A stretch of DNA of 64,000 nucleotides, taken from positions 6,510,001-6,574,000 of the forward strand of contig NC_043024.1 in NCBI RefSeq assembly GCF_006345805.1. Direction: 5' to 3'. Of the stretch, positions 24,705 to 38,544 are shown piece by piece. Under the pieces are notes generated by a model that worked only from the letters and a program-made list of their open reading frames with translations, ran no database searches and had not been told where the DNA came from. This stretch comes from Octopus sinensis. Lineage: Eukaryota. The translations under genes were made by a program, and so were the position numbers. How positions within the stretch are numbered: the stretch's first letter is position 1; every line of letters begins with the position of its first letter.

Positions 24705-25209
24705 CTGTCAATAAACATAATTCAAAGGAATAGAGTGCTTGCTTGCTCACAGAAATTACTCAGAGACACCATCTGCATGAAAAAATAACAGTTAAGTTAT
24801 AATTAACTTCTTTACTTTTGTTTTTTTGTTTTAACTGGTACTAGACAGCTTAAAATGTGTGCCCACCTATGCTGTCTTTGATAGTTTCTTTACATGTTTT
24901 TTTTTTCTTTTGTCCTTCTGACATGCTAAATGAGAATAGTTTGCTCATACCTAACCCAAAGAACATCAATTTCTTAGCAGAAAGGGACATTGCAAACAGG
25001 GCCCTCATCGTACATTCACAGTGCTATGTGAACAATTCAGAGAGGGCATGGGTGGGAGAGGAAGAGAGAGAGGTGGAAAGGGAGATGGGAAGAGAGAGGG
25101 AGAGAAGGAGAAGGTTTGAGCAAGGGGGTAGCAGCTTCTTACAGCAAATCAGAAACAAATATGTCATTGGAACCACCATCAGGATCAAGTACAGCAAGGA
25201 AAGGAGGTG

Positions 25210-25240
<31 letters not shown>

Positions 25241-25612
25241 TTTAAATAATAAGGGTGAAATTTGAATATTAATATGATTAATGTCAATTTAAAACCAGTG
25301 GTCCAGCATATAGAAAAATCTGAAGAATCAGAAGAATTATATATAAGAGGGATGACCATTCATTATCGCAGAAGTCAAGCCTCTATGGTCTTACCACTAG
25401 TTGCAGACATTCTACGTAAGTGATTATGTAAGTGATAACAACGAAACTGGGTTTGTGATTAATCTGTATATTTTGTATCTTTTCTTTTGTCTTGCTCCCT
25501 TACGTTCTAGCGTTTGCTAAATTTTCTTGAGAACATTCCTTTCTTAGTGGTAAGACCATACCAGATCTACTGCTAGCATAATGGATGTCCACTTAGTAGT
25601 CATCCCTCTTAT

Positions 25613-25669
<57 letters not shown>

Positions 25670-26026
25670 ATATATATTTATCAATTAAGGATAACTTCTT
25701 AATAAGGAATCTTAACAAGAAATTATCAGGTAGTTAGCGTGAAAACCTTATAAAAGAAAAGAATTCAAAAATAATTTTTTTCTTTTGAACAAATTAATTA
25801 TATCTATATTGTATAGAGGGCATTATTACACATAAATGCCTCACACTAAGAGGGACAAAGTCATTACTACCAAAATTACACTAATCATACCTAAATGTAT
25901 ATATATATATATATATATATATTGTTATATTTCGGAATGGTCATTTTGCCAGTTTATATATATATAGTCTGCTGAGATGATTTGAAAACACAACACCTAA
26001 TAACCTAATGGTATATCTTTTCTACC

Positions 26027-26106
26027 TCTCTGATGAAATTTTGCCTAATATTAAAATGTAATTATTGCTATTTAATCTTCTCGGCATAATTGAAACAGTT
26101 GCAAGA
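26027..26106 (+). ncRNA. Degenerate hammerhead
   Basis: tct CTGATGA aattttgcc...ggcataatt GAAACAGTTGCA aga. Stem III and the cleavage triplet are mutated. Confidence 0.5.
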
Positions 26107-26332
26107 TTTTTGCAAGTAATAAATTATATTAATAGTATATCTCCATTTTCTTAATTTTTTTTTTTTTTAATATTTATAAACCAGGATATATATTTAGACC
26201 TATTATTTTATGAATGTTATTCACAAATATTAGGTAATGAACCAGTAATTCATTGGATATTACTATCCTTTTATGAGGCTATTTTAACCTCTAAATGAAT
26301 ATATATATATATGCAAAGTCCCCTCTTGACCT

Positions 26333-28130
26333 GAGGTAGAATGTTGTTGATGACACGGCAATTAGGGAAAAGAAACAGGATGGGAAGGACTGGAAAAATG
26401 GTGGTAGCAAGGAATGGTACCAGACTGCCAGAACGGAAGCTAGGAGACAGGTTAATTAAGCCAGAGGAGAAGCAGATAAGAAAAAATTTGCCAATGTTTT
26501 GCACCGTGAGGACCAAAGACTTGAGGGACTTTCACGTTGCAAGACAGTGTGTGAGAGAGAATTGTGATGTTGTAGGAGAGAAATGTGTCCGCATGGATGA
26601 TGGTTCACTTGCATTAAACGAGACTGCAAAGAGAGAGGTATAGAGACACCACTATGAAAGGTTGCTCAATAAAGAAAACGAATGGGAGAAAGAGAGTCTG
26701 CCGATTGTCGACCTAACAGAGGGACCAGCTATCTACCTTGGTAGATAAAGCCATTAAGAGTATAAAGACAGGGAAAGCCCCTGGCCCATCAGGAATCAGT
26801 GCAGAGATGCTCAAAATATCTGGCAGTGTTGGCTATAGCCTAGTCACCCGTATAGTTAATCAGGTGATACACAAAGGAGTCATACCCAATGACTGGTGTA
26901 GCAGCACCATAGTCAACTGCTACAAAGTAAAAGTGACGCTTTATATACAAATAATTATAGAGGTATCAAGCTGCTGGATCAGGTAATGAAAGTTACGGAG
27001 AGGGTCATAGCCCATTAATTAGAGAGAGAGTTAGCTTAGATGAGATGCAGTTTGAGTTTGTGCCAGGGAAAAGCACCAGTGGTGCTATATTTCTGGTAAG
27101 ACAGCTGCAGGAGAAATACCTGGCCAAAGACAAACCCCTGTACCTGGCTTTCGTTGATATGGAGAAAGCTTTCGACAGGGTCCCCCGATCCCTTATCTGG
27201 TGGTCAATGAGGAGACTAGGGATAAATGAATGGTTAGTGAGAGCTGTGCAAGCCATGTACAGGGATGCTGTCAGTAAGGTGAGAGTTGGCAATGATTACA
27301 GTGAAGAATTCCGGGTAGAGGTAGGGGTCCACCAAGGTTCAGTCCTTAGCCCCCTGTTATTTATCATAGTCCTCCAGGCAATAACAGAGGAATTCAAGAC
27401 AGGATACCCCTGGGAGCTCCTATATGCTGATGACCTTGCTCTAATTGCTGAGTCACTATCAGAACTAGAGGAGAAGTTTCAGGTGTGGAAGCAAAGATAA
27501 GAATTGAAGGGCCTTAGAGTCAACCTAGCTAAAACCAAAGTCGTAATCAGTAGGAAGGTAGGCAAACCACAAATGCCTTCAGGTAGATGGCCCTGCTCGA
27601 TCTGTAGAAAAGGTGTAGGTAGAAATTCTATAAGATGTACCCAGTGTAAGCTATGGACACATAAGAGGTGCAGCAATATCAAAGGAAGGCTAACTGGGAA
27701 GATAGTTTTGTATGTGGCAGATGCTCAAGAGCAATAAACACTGAAAATCTGCAGAAAACAACTTCCGTCACTTTCCAGGGGGAAAAACTAGAATTAGTTG
27801 ATAGCTTCCGTTATCTAGGTGACCAAGTCAGTAGCCGGGGTAGATGCTCTGAAAGTATAGCAGCTAGAATAAGAATAGCCGCAGCAAAGTTCACAGAGCT
27901 CCTACCTCTGCTGGTGACAAAGGGCCTCTCAATCAGAGTAAAAGGTAGACCCAGGAAGACCTGGGATGAGGTGGTGAAGCACGACCTTTGAACATTAGGC
28001 CTCACTGAGGCAATGACTAGTGACTGGGACCTTTGGAAATATGCTGTGCTTGAGAAGACCTGGCAAGACAAGAGAGACCATAACCATTGGCCTATGCCAG
28101 TGGTGTAACCAGCCCATTTATGCATACCTA
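26333..28130 (+). mobile_element. 5'-truncated RTE-clade LINE, degenerate RT
   Basis: KAPGPSGI, FVDMEKAFDRVPR, GVHQGSVLSPLLF and LLYADDL; Cys-rich CSIC...CTQC..WTHKRC...CGRC; C-terminal GRPRKTW. Stops and frameshifts present. Confidence 0.92.
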
Positions 28131-28526
28131 ACTTTCATTGGACACTAAACTCTGCTTGCGAAGACCTGTTGAGGCAAGTGAAATTGAAATCAAATTCACT
28201 GATGTGGCCGATGACAGCACCGCCTGAGTGGCATCCATGCTAGTGGAACATTAAGAGTTGACTGGCTCCCATGGCAGTGGCACGTAAAAAGCACTATTCG
28301 AGCATGATCGTTACCAGCGTCGTCTTACTGGCACATGAAAAACATGATGGTGGTGGGTCCAGGTTCAGTCCCACTATGTGGTACCTTGTGCAAGTGTCTT
28401 CTACTATAGCCTCGGCCAACCAAAGCCTTGTGAGTGGATTTGGTAGAGACGGAAACTGAAAGAAGCTACTTACCACACACCCACTCCTGTGTGTATATAT
28501 ATATATGTGTGTGTGTGTGTATGCAA

Positions 28527-28567
<41 letters not shown>

Positions 28568-28959
28568 GAGAGAGAGAGAGAGGGAGAGAGAGAGACCAGT
28601 GTCTATATAATAGAAATATACATATTTCTTGTAAATATGAAGATTGGCACAGCCCTCTGGCTTGTCTGTTCACATCAAACCATCTAACCCATTCCAGCAT
28701 GGGAAGGGGACATTAAATGATGGTGATGATGATGATGGTGATGATGATGGTGGTGGTGGTGATGATGGTGATCGTGATGGTGTTGGTGGTGATGGTGGTG
28801 GTGGTGGTGGTGGTGGTGACGGTAATGATGATGATGATGGTGATGATAGTGGTGATGGTGATGACAATGACGGTGATGATGATAATGGCAATGATGATGG
28901 TGGCAATGGTGATGATGGAGATGATGATGATATTTGTTGGCTCAACTCTGTGAGTGTGT

Positions 28960-29008
<49 letters not shown>

Positions 29009-29295
29009 GAGTTGACAAAAGTCTTTTGTTATATGTTCGCTAGTCATGCTAGAAATAGCTGTCAAATCTTCCTCAAATCAAACCCTTCCCATTTTAAATA
29101 ATGCAACAAATATATTGGACAATTTAGACTGCAAAAAAACCCCTGCTATATCTGAATAAAAAAAACATCTCAAAAGGTCAGAAATATGTTTTCTATTTCA
29201 ATGTCCATGCCATCAGAGCAGACCTGGGGTTAAATACCAAACATTATATAAATGCACACTGGTGCATCAAGCTGCACATAACATGAAAGACTTAC

Positions 29296-29470
29296 CTTTT
29301 CAGGTGCAAACATTATCTGAAATTGCTTTTTAGCATTGGCCTTTAAACGACCACAGTTTGGGAAGACACGGAAAGCGCTGTTCTTCTCTGCAATTTTGTT
29401 TGGTTTCAAATCGTTACCTCTTTGAAAATCTGGTTTCACTGGGAACCAGAAAAATGGAAAGTCTATGCTC
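29296..29470 (-). CDS. DLEC1: DLEC1 exon SIDFPFFW...FQIMFAPEK, copy B (identical duplicate)
   Basis: Identical 175 nt with identical splice sites, 586 nt from copy A. Confidence 0.7.
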
Positions 29471-29881
29471 CTGTAGAAGAGATTCAGAGAGGAAAAAGAC
29501 ATGACAAAAGTAGTAAGAAAGTTGCAAGCCGTGGGAATGAATTGGTTGATAGAAACTGAAAGTAGCCTGTCAAATGTGGTGTGTGTGTGTGTTGAGTTGA
29601 CAAAAGTCTTTTGTTATATGTTCGCTAGTCATGCTAGAAATAGCTGTCAAATCTTCCTCAAATCAAACCCTTCCCATTTTAAATAATGCAACAAATATAT
29701 TGGACAATTTAGACTGGAAAAAAAACCCCTGCTATATCTGAATAAAAAAAACATCTCAAAAGGTCAGAAATATGTTTTCTATTTCAATGTCCATGCCATC
29801 AGAGCAGACCTGGGGTTAAATACCAAACATTATATAAATGCACACTGGTGCATCAAGCTGCACATAACATGAAAGACTTAC

Positions 29882-30056
29882 CTTTTCAGGTGCAAACATT
29901 ATCTGAAATTGCTTTTTAGCATTGGCCTTTAAACGACCACAGTTTGGGAAGACACGGAAAGCGCTGTTCTTCTCTGCAATTTTGTTTGGTTTCAAATCGT
30001 TACCTCTTTGAAAATCTGGTTTCACTGGGAACCAGAAAAATGGAAAGTCTATGCTC
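29882..30056 (-). CDS. DLEC1: DLEC1 exon SIDFPFFW...FQIMFAPEK, copy A (first in transcript order)
   Basis: ctacag acceptor, gtaagt donor, 175 nt, phase 2 to 0. Confidence 0.88.
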
Positions 30057-30190
30057 CTGTAGAAGAGATTCAGAGAGGAAAAAGACATGACAAAAGTAGT
30101 AAGAAAGTTGCAAGCCGTGGGAATGAATTTGGTTGATAGAAACTGAAAGTAGCCTGTCAAATGTGTGTGTGTTGTGTGTGTGTGTGTATT

Positions 30191-30580
30191 CAGTGATACC
30201 TCGCAGCACAAGTTTAATTCGTTCCAAGACCAAGTTTATCTTACGATTTACTTGTTTTGCAAATCAATTTTCCTCCATTGAAATTAACTAAAATATAATT
30301 AATCTGTTCCAGCCGGCTAAAACTACTCAAAAATAATTTTTTTATGGGTTTTAAAACGGAAAAGATGTAGTTACACGTAAAATAGCAATTATGAAAAAGA
30401 GAATGCAAAAGAAATACGTAAACTGGTTTTTATTATCTGGATTACCTTAAAGAATAGGACGATTTGTGTTCTCATGCTGCAGATTTTCACTTGTATTTCA
30501 AGACAAAAATTCACACAAGTCTTGGTTCACACAGCAAATTACTTGCACAGTAGTGCACTCAATACTGCAAAGTTCTACTG
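30191..30580. mobile_element. Tigger/pogo-like MITE remnant
   Basis: cagt...actg ends with degenerate inverted termini; a similar single end at about 20279. Confidence 0.45.
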
Positions 30581-30625
30581 TATGTATGTGTGTGTGTGTG
30601 TGTATTTATGTATATGTATATATAT

Positions 30626-30673
<48 letters not shown>

Positions 30674-30696
30674 GTATGTATATATATATATGTATG

Positions 30697-30728
<32 letters not shown>

Positions 30729-30816
30729 CATATACATATATATATCATCATCATATATCATATATATCATATATATATATATATGTATGTATGTATGTAT
30801 ATATACACACACACAC

Positions 30817-30877
<61 letters not shown>

Positions 30878-31683
30878 CATAAATACACACACACATACAT
30901 ATATATATATACATACATATATATATATATGCATGTATATGTAAATATATATATATATAAGTGTATATATATATATAAGTTCAGTAAAATTTAGATTCAG
31001 ATGAATATGGTACTTAAGTTAAAGGCACAAGAATTTAGTGTGGTATTATCCATATAATTCAAAATGGGGTGATTTCAATCAAAATAAGCAACAAGTATAT
31101 CAAGAGGTAATGCAGTACGATTGTTTCACGCGACTCCATTTAATTGAACAATGCAAAAATTACATCAATTTTAAAATGTAGAGCAATCTTCAGCTGCATA
31201 AAAATATAGAATTTAGTTAAATGTTAGTGTTTTGCTGTCTGCCTTGAAGCAGACCTTTCCGTTGTCACTGCCTGATATTTATGATTGATCTTTCAAAATA
31301 CTTTTCTTTCTCAACAAATTCAAGATTTTTTGTTTATAAATGGGAGAGAGATAGATAGAGAAAGATAGAGAGTAAGAGAAAGCGAGGGAAAGTCCATGAG
31401 AAAGGAAGAGTAAGAGAGTGGGAAAGTAAGAGAGAAAGGGGAGAGAAACAAAGAGGGAGAATGTGGTAATGAAAAACAGAAAGGAAGCAACAGAAAGTAA
31501 CAACCACACTCTTACCCTCGCGTAGAGTGGGTCATCTTAAGCTAGTATTATAATATATATTATTTTTATATTATTATATATGTGTGTCTATATATATACA
31601 TATAATAATACAAATAATATATATATATTATTTATATTATTATATGTATATATATATATATTATTAATATTATGATATGTGTG

Positions 31684-31716
<33 letters not shown>

Positions 31717-31793
31717 ATATATATATATATGTATGTGTGTATATATATATATATACACACAAGGTGGTTTGGTAAAGTGCCTGGACTACAGCT

Positions 31794-32019
31794 CTATATT
31801 TAAGAGATGAGGAATTATGTACATTATTTATATTATTTACATTTGACAGATATTTGTCCCCATCTTGTTTGTTGCTAACTCAATGTTTCGGCTGATATAC
31901 CTTCCAGCCTTCATCAGGTGTCTTGGGGAAATTTCAAACCTAGGTTCTCATTCCTAAGGTATTTTTCAATGTTATTATTATTATTCAGTGACCTGAATAA
32001 TAATAATAATAATAATAAC

Positions 32020-32054
<35 letters not shown>

Positions 32055-32202
32055 CAAAAACTTTGAAAAATATCTTAGGAATGAGAACTCAGGTTCGAAA
32101 TTTCCCCAAGACACCTGATGAAGGCTGGAGGGTATATCAGCCAAAACATTGAGTTAACAACAAACAAGATGGGGACAAATATCTGTCAAATGTAAATAAT
32201 GT
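31794..32202. mobile_element. Same SINE family as an inverted (palindromic) pair around (AAT)n
   Basis: Arms 31794-31985 and about 32060-32202 are reverse complements. The head remnant cagtgacctg lies at 31986-31995. Confidence 0.8.
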
Positions 32203-32483
32203 CCCTTGCCTAGTTCTGTAGTGTGCCAACTGACAGCAACACATGATTGCATGCTTAGTGAGACCTAGCAGTGACCTTCATGAAGCAGTGTGCCAAGTAA
32301 AATCCTGAAAACTGCAGTTTTAACATTATATCTGCATCAAGTATGTTATACAGAATGCTATTTTGAACTAATACAGCTTTTGTCACAAATAATGAAAAAA
32401 GAAAAAGAAATTAATTAAGAAAGATAAGTTTCGATTTGTACCAACAAATCTCATGATCTATGGGTTAGTTGTACAATACTCAC

Positions 32484-32646
32484 GTGCAGTTCCTTATTGT
32501 AATTGTTTTCTGCTCATATGAGTAAACATTTGTGTCTTTGAACCTGATAAGATGATGGGCCAAACTATCATAGCTTTCATTTGGTAGTGGCCTAGAACAG
32601 AGACCTTCATGCTCCGCTAACATTACTTTGGCTTTCTGACAATGGC
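32484..32646 (-). CDS. DLEC1: DLEC1 exon GHCQKAKV...HLIRFKDTN...TIRNC
   Basis: ttatag acceptor, gtgagt donor, 163 nt, phase 1 to 2. Confidence 0.9.
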
Positions 32647-34355
32647 CTATAATGATAATAATAATAATAACAACAACAACAACAACAACAACAACAAGAG
32701 CACTCGGAGAGTGCAAATTTCCACTAAAGCAACACCAACGTCCTCTCAATGGTTAGCAGGAGATGATTTTTAAAATGAGAATATCTGAAATAAACTCAAC
32801 TGCTCTCACAAATGAGAATACTAAAAATGAACCCAGCCGCTCTCAGAAATTAAATAAAAAAACAGGGAACATAATCAAGAATCCTTGTCCATTACCAGAT
32901 CGATCCCAAAATCTAATCAGTTTGTGCCAGTCACAAGACCAAACATCCCTGAAAGTTTCATCCAAATTCATCCAGCAGGGAAAAGCAAAGGGGCCAATAT
33001 AGCTTGGCACCAGTGATGTCACAACTCATTTCTACAGCTGAGTGAACTGGAGCAACGTGAAATAAAGTGTCTTGTTCAAGAACACAATATGCAGCCCGGT
33101 CCAGGAATTGAACTCACAACCTCACGATCGTAAGCTCGATGCTCTAACCATTGAGCCATGATAGAGAACTAATAGGATGAAATTTTATTCGACAGTAAGA
33201 TAATTCTAATATCACAACAAATTGTTTTGTAACTTAAAAGCATATAAATAATTTATATTCTTTACTCGTTACTCTTTTACTTGTTTCAGTCATTTGACTG
33301 TGGCCATGCTGGAGCACTGCCTTTAGTTGAGCAAATCAACCCCAGGACTTATTCTTTGTAAGCCTTAGTACTTATTCTATCGGTCTCTTTTGCCGAACTG
33401 CTAAGTTATGGGGAGACAAACACAAACACACAAACATATATATATATATATACATATATACGACAAGCTTCTTTCAGTTTCTGTCTACCAAATCCACTCA
33501 CAAGGCTATGGTCAGCCCGAGGCTATAGTAGAAGACACTTGCCCAAGGTGCCACGCAGTGGGACTGAACCCAGAACCATGTGGTTGGTAAGCAAGCTACT
33601 TACCACACAGCCACTCCTAATAATAGATAAATTACTTACATGTCTGCATTAATGCAAAATGTGAAAATTCCTTCAAGATAATGCAGAATTTAAGCACAAG
33701 GCTTTCGTCAGTCCAGGGTTTTCATAGGATGCTTGCTCAAGGTGTCACTCAGAGGGACTGAACTCAAAACCTAGTGATCTTATAAATCAGTGCACACAGA
33801 AACAAACATTACACACAGACAGTTATAGGTGCAGTAGTGGCTGTGTGGTTAGTAGCTTGCTTACCAACCTCATGGTTCCAGGTCCAGTCCCACTGCATGG
33901 CACCTTAGGCAAGTGTCTTCTACTATAGCCTCGGGCCGACCAAAGCCATGTGAGTGGATTTGGTAGACGGAAACTGAAAGAAGCCCGTCGTATAGATGTA
34001 TATGTATATATATGTATGTGTCTATATATGTTTGTGTGTGTGTGTTTGTCCCCCCAACATCGTTTGACAGCCGATGCTGGTGTGTTTACGCCCCCATAAC
34101 TTAGCAGTTCGGCAAAAGTGTCCGATAGAATAAGTACTAGGCTTGCAAAGAATAAAGCCTGTGGTCAATTTGCTCAACAAAAGGCGGTGCTCCAGCATGG
34201 CCACAAGAGAAAAAGAGTTTACAAGAGTAGCAAGTAGACATGAACCCTTCATGTGAACAACACGAACTGGACAAGAGAAACATGTGGATAGCACACAGGT
34301 AAATAGAAACGAGGACACATAAAGACAGCAAAAAACAGGCAACAGCTTCACTTAC

Positions 34356-34539
34356 CTATGATGGTGAAGTATTTCACCTCACAATTATCACAGACAATGG
34401 CCAGTTTACAGCTATATCTGCCAACCATTTGAGGTTCAAACCTCACTTCTATTACTCCAACCAAATTTTTCCTCATCCCAAATGTAGCAGGTCCAACACA
34501 AAAGGGAGGCATGCCAATATTCTCTTGCTGGGCATACGC
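34356..34539 (-). CDS. DLEC1: DLEC1 exon AYAQQENIGMPPF...IVCDNCEVKYFTII
   Basis: ggcag acceptor, gtaagt donor, 184 nt, phase 0 to 1. PPF and CDNC motifs. Confidence 0.92.
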
Positions 34540-37439
34540 CTGCCATTAACAGAAGGAGAAAACAGGCTGTTTAAAAGACTTGCCTTAACTTTATTTTCAT
34601 GTATGTGGATGCAAAATCGGGTCACTTTATTATTTTTCATTATCTTAAAAATTGATTGAAAAAGAAGAGTATTTTAACATAAATATGGAACAAAATTTTC
34701 AGAAGGGTATATGTTAATACAAGATTATATTTTGAGATTTTAGACTAGAAATTGTTTTCAATTATATAAGATATGCTATTTCGTTTTTAGATTTGGTTTG
34801 CAAGATTATTTATGTGAGTTCGTGTGTTGAAGCATATTCTGTTGTGTCTGGGGAGGGTCATTTTCTTTCAGTTTTAATTTACTTAAAAATAAAAATAAGA
34901 AATAAGTGGAAATTTTACAGGTGAGTGTGTTAAATTATAAGGCACAAAAAGAAAATGATTCTCCCCAGACACAACAGAATAAGATATGCTAGTTTCTCAC
35001 CTGAGCAGCGAAATCTATAATTCATTGTATACTTTCTTATTTCTTTACTGCCCACAAGGGGCTACACACAGAGGGGACAAACAAGGACAGACAAATGGAT
35101 TAAGTCGAGTATATTGACCTCAGTGTGTAACTGGTACTTAATTTATCGACCCCAAAAGGATGAAAGGCAAAGTTGACCTTGTTGGAATTTGAACTCAGAA
35201 TATAGAGGCAGACAAAATACTGCTAAGCATTTCGCCCGGCGTGCTAACGGTTCTGCCAGCTCGCCGCCTTAGAATATATAATTCATTGTATATTTTCTGC
35301 CTTGATACCTTAATTCATTTAGATTGTTTGAAATATAAAATAGCAGCAGGGCTAGTGTAATAAACATCATCAACTACATACACTTAATGTCTTTGCCTTT
35401 TGAATTTGTCAGGAGGCTACGATTTGGCATGGTGGAGAAAACTCCCTCAAAGTACCAGGTGTTAAAACACCTGATAAGTCATGAACAGGTGAGATAACTC
35501 ACCTCCAGTCCCATCCAGGAGTGAGGGACATTGGTGTTTCACCACTTTTGTGACTTATAACATCATGTACCTGGACACGATTGGAGGTGAATCATATCGG
35601 CAGTCCATGACTTATACACATAGAGGGAGCAAATTATGCGCAGGTATGCTCAGTCAATGCATACATCATCATCATCGACATCATCCTCATCAACATCATC
35701 CTCATCATCATCGTGTAACATCCGCTTTCCATGCTGGCAGAGGTTGGACAGTTTGACTGAGGTCTGGCAAGCCAGTGGGCTGCACCAGGCTCCAATCTGA
35801 TCTGGCAGAGTTTCTACAGCTGGATGCCCTTCCTAATGCCAACCATTCGGTGAGTGTAGTGGTATGTACTTTTTATGTGCCACCAGCCAGTCAGGGGGCA
35901 CTGGCATCGACCACATCCGGATGATGCTTTTTATGTGCCACCAGTATGGGGAGCCAATCAGGCGGTACTAGCATGCTCAAATGGTGCTTATTACATGCCA
36001 CTAGCATGGGTGCCAGTCAGGTGGCACTGGCCACAACTACAATTTCGATTTCACTTGACTCAACAGATCTTCTCAAGCACATCACATTGCCCAACACTTC
36101 AAGGTTACTTTTCAATGGCCCAGTCATGCATCACTGGTATTGGCCATGGCTGCAATCTCACTTTACTTGCCAGTTCTTCTCAATCACAGAATATCTCCAG
36201 AGGTCTTAGTCTCTTGTCATTGCCTCTGTGAGGCCCAACGTTCAAAGGTCATGCTTCACCACCTCATCCCATGTCTTCCTGGGTCTATCACTTCACATGT
36301 TCCTTCCACTGTTAGGGTATGACACAACTTCACACAGCTGTCCTTATCCATATGTAACACATGACCATACCAGTGCTGTGTGCACACTCTGTCCTGTATG
36401 CACACTGACATATTACACATCCAGTGGATCATGCTAGCTTCATTTCTTTCAAGCCTTCACATGTTCTCAGCAGTCATATACATACTCATATTTTGAGTTT
36501 TATTTTGCCTGTTCATACCAACATACCTATATATATATATATATATATAGGAAGAAGAAAATGGAGATATTGAAGTTAATAAGAGTTTATTATCAGCAAC
36601 AAATTGATCATTATCCCTTACAGCTGTTTCAATTATACACAATGAAATTAATTAAATATTAAATTCATATTTCTGAGTATAATCTCATCAGAGGGAAAAA
36701 ATACACCCTTAAATGTTTTGTATGTTTGTAGATTCATTGCAGCAGACCTACTATTTTAAGAATATCAATTCCCCCCAACCACCAGAATATTAGGTATTGA
36801 ACCAGTATTTCCTTGGACGACACCATTTCTTCATGAAGGGATGGTGTCATCCATGCCGCTAATTGAATTATATATATAATGGACTTATCTGTTAAAGATG
36901 ACAAATGAGCGATCAGCTTTTTCCGAACATCTTGCACAAATGATTTGTTTATAGTGATCCTATGTTCATGCTGTACATTAGCTCACTCTCGCCATCAAAT
37001 GAATTTTACCTGAACAGGTGTACAGTGCACTACATGTCAGGTGTTAAAGCAATCACAGAGTATCAGGAGATGAAGTGTTTTTGCTCAAGAACACAACACA
37101 CCACCTGCTCTTGCTTGCTAGATCATGAGTGCAACACCCTAACCACTAAGCTATGCACCCTCATATATATAGATATATATATATATATATATAACAGCCA
37201 CGGATCGAAGTGTAGGAAGAAAGTTAGCTTCAAACAATCTGAAGTTAATACAAAAAACAACTTTCAAGGACAATAATGATTTATTGAGATGGAAGGTTAT
37301 GGAGATTTTCATATTATATAAACAGAAAAAAGTTCATTTTATATTTCACAGTAGGTGACCAGGGTTGCTGGATATGCAAATAAGAATACAAGAGTCAAGG
37401 AATGGAATAGATATACAGTTAAAACAAAACGTAGCTCAC

Positions 37440-37573
37440 CTTGTATGCAGTTGTATTCCACAAATCAGCTGGCATCATACAAAAGCATCCACTTCCCCCG
37501 ATATTCTTTATAACCACGTGGGTGACCAGTTTGCAGCCGATAAGACAGAAACCAATGTCCAGTACAGACGGAA
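37440..37573 (-). CDS. DLEC1: DLEC1 exon LPSVLDIGFCLIG...WNTTAYK
   Basis: ttttcag acceptor, gtgagc donor, 134 nt, phase 1 to 0. Confidence 0.92.
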
Positions 37574-38544
37574 CTGAAAATAAAGAAATCATCAAATACA
37601 CACAACCATTTTGACTGGTTTCGGTTATCAAATCCTGGCCATGCTGGAGCACCATCTTTAAGTTTATTCAATAGTATTGACCCAGGGACTGGTAATCATT
37701 TTAGAGATTTTTGTTAATGAAATTTATGGAATAGAAATATGGTTTGAGAGAATGTTTCACAAAAAATAGGTAAAAAATCACCCTGGGTCCTATATATGAA
37801 GTTAAGCCACCCATAAACTAATTTTGTGCCTGATGCTCAGTACTAAAGGCCAGCTTTAATCCAGATACTATAGTTCTACCTAGTGTGACTCCATAATAAT
37901 AATAATAATAATCCTTTCTACTATAGGCACAAAACCTGAAATTTCGGTGGAGGGTTTAAGTTGATTACATTAACCCCAGTATTTCACCGGTACTTAATTT
38001 ATCAACCCCCAAAAGGATGAAAGGCAAAGTTTACCCCTGGGCAGAATTTGATCTCAGATCGTAAAGATGTATGAGATGCCATGAAGCATTTTGCCCAGCG
38101 TGCTAATGATTCTGCCGGCTCACCACCTTAATAATAATAATAATCCTTTCTACTCTAAGCATAAGGCCAGAAATTTAGGGTCAACAAAATTAGTACTAGT
38201 CAAACCATGCTCCAGCATGGCCACAGTCGAATGACTGAAACAAATGAAAGAAAGAAAGGATTATTATTATTATTATTATTATTTTACTTTCTGTATCAAA
38301 TTTCTTTCATCACACCTCCTGTGGCCTCTTCTGTAACTCTCTATCCCAAGTGTCTCCTCTTGTTCTGCTTATTCCATTTTGTCTACCCCCTTTTTCCTTG
38401 AATATGCCCTTCTGAATTTAGGGTGTGTCCCATACGTCACACATACTTGTGTCCTTTATCCCTTCAAAAATGGAAGTTTCCATAGTAACCACTGGACTAC
38501 ACAAATTAAGAAGATGAGAAAAAAAACAATTAATTGTTACTAAC

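Larger units (their letters stand above)
28996..30170. repeat. Tandem duplication, 2 x about 586 nt, including a DLEC1 exon
   Basis: Units differ only by about 3 single-base changes outside the exon; breakpoints lie in (GT)n. Confidence 0.95.

Noticed and set aside
24857-25210. 117-aa plus-strand ORF
   Set aside because: Includes poly-T and GA-repeat translation, with no motif or splice support.
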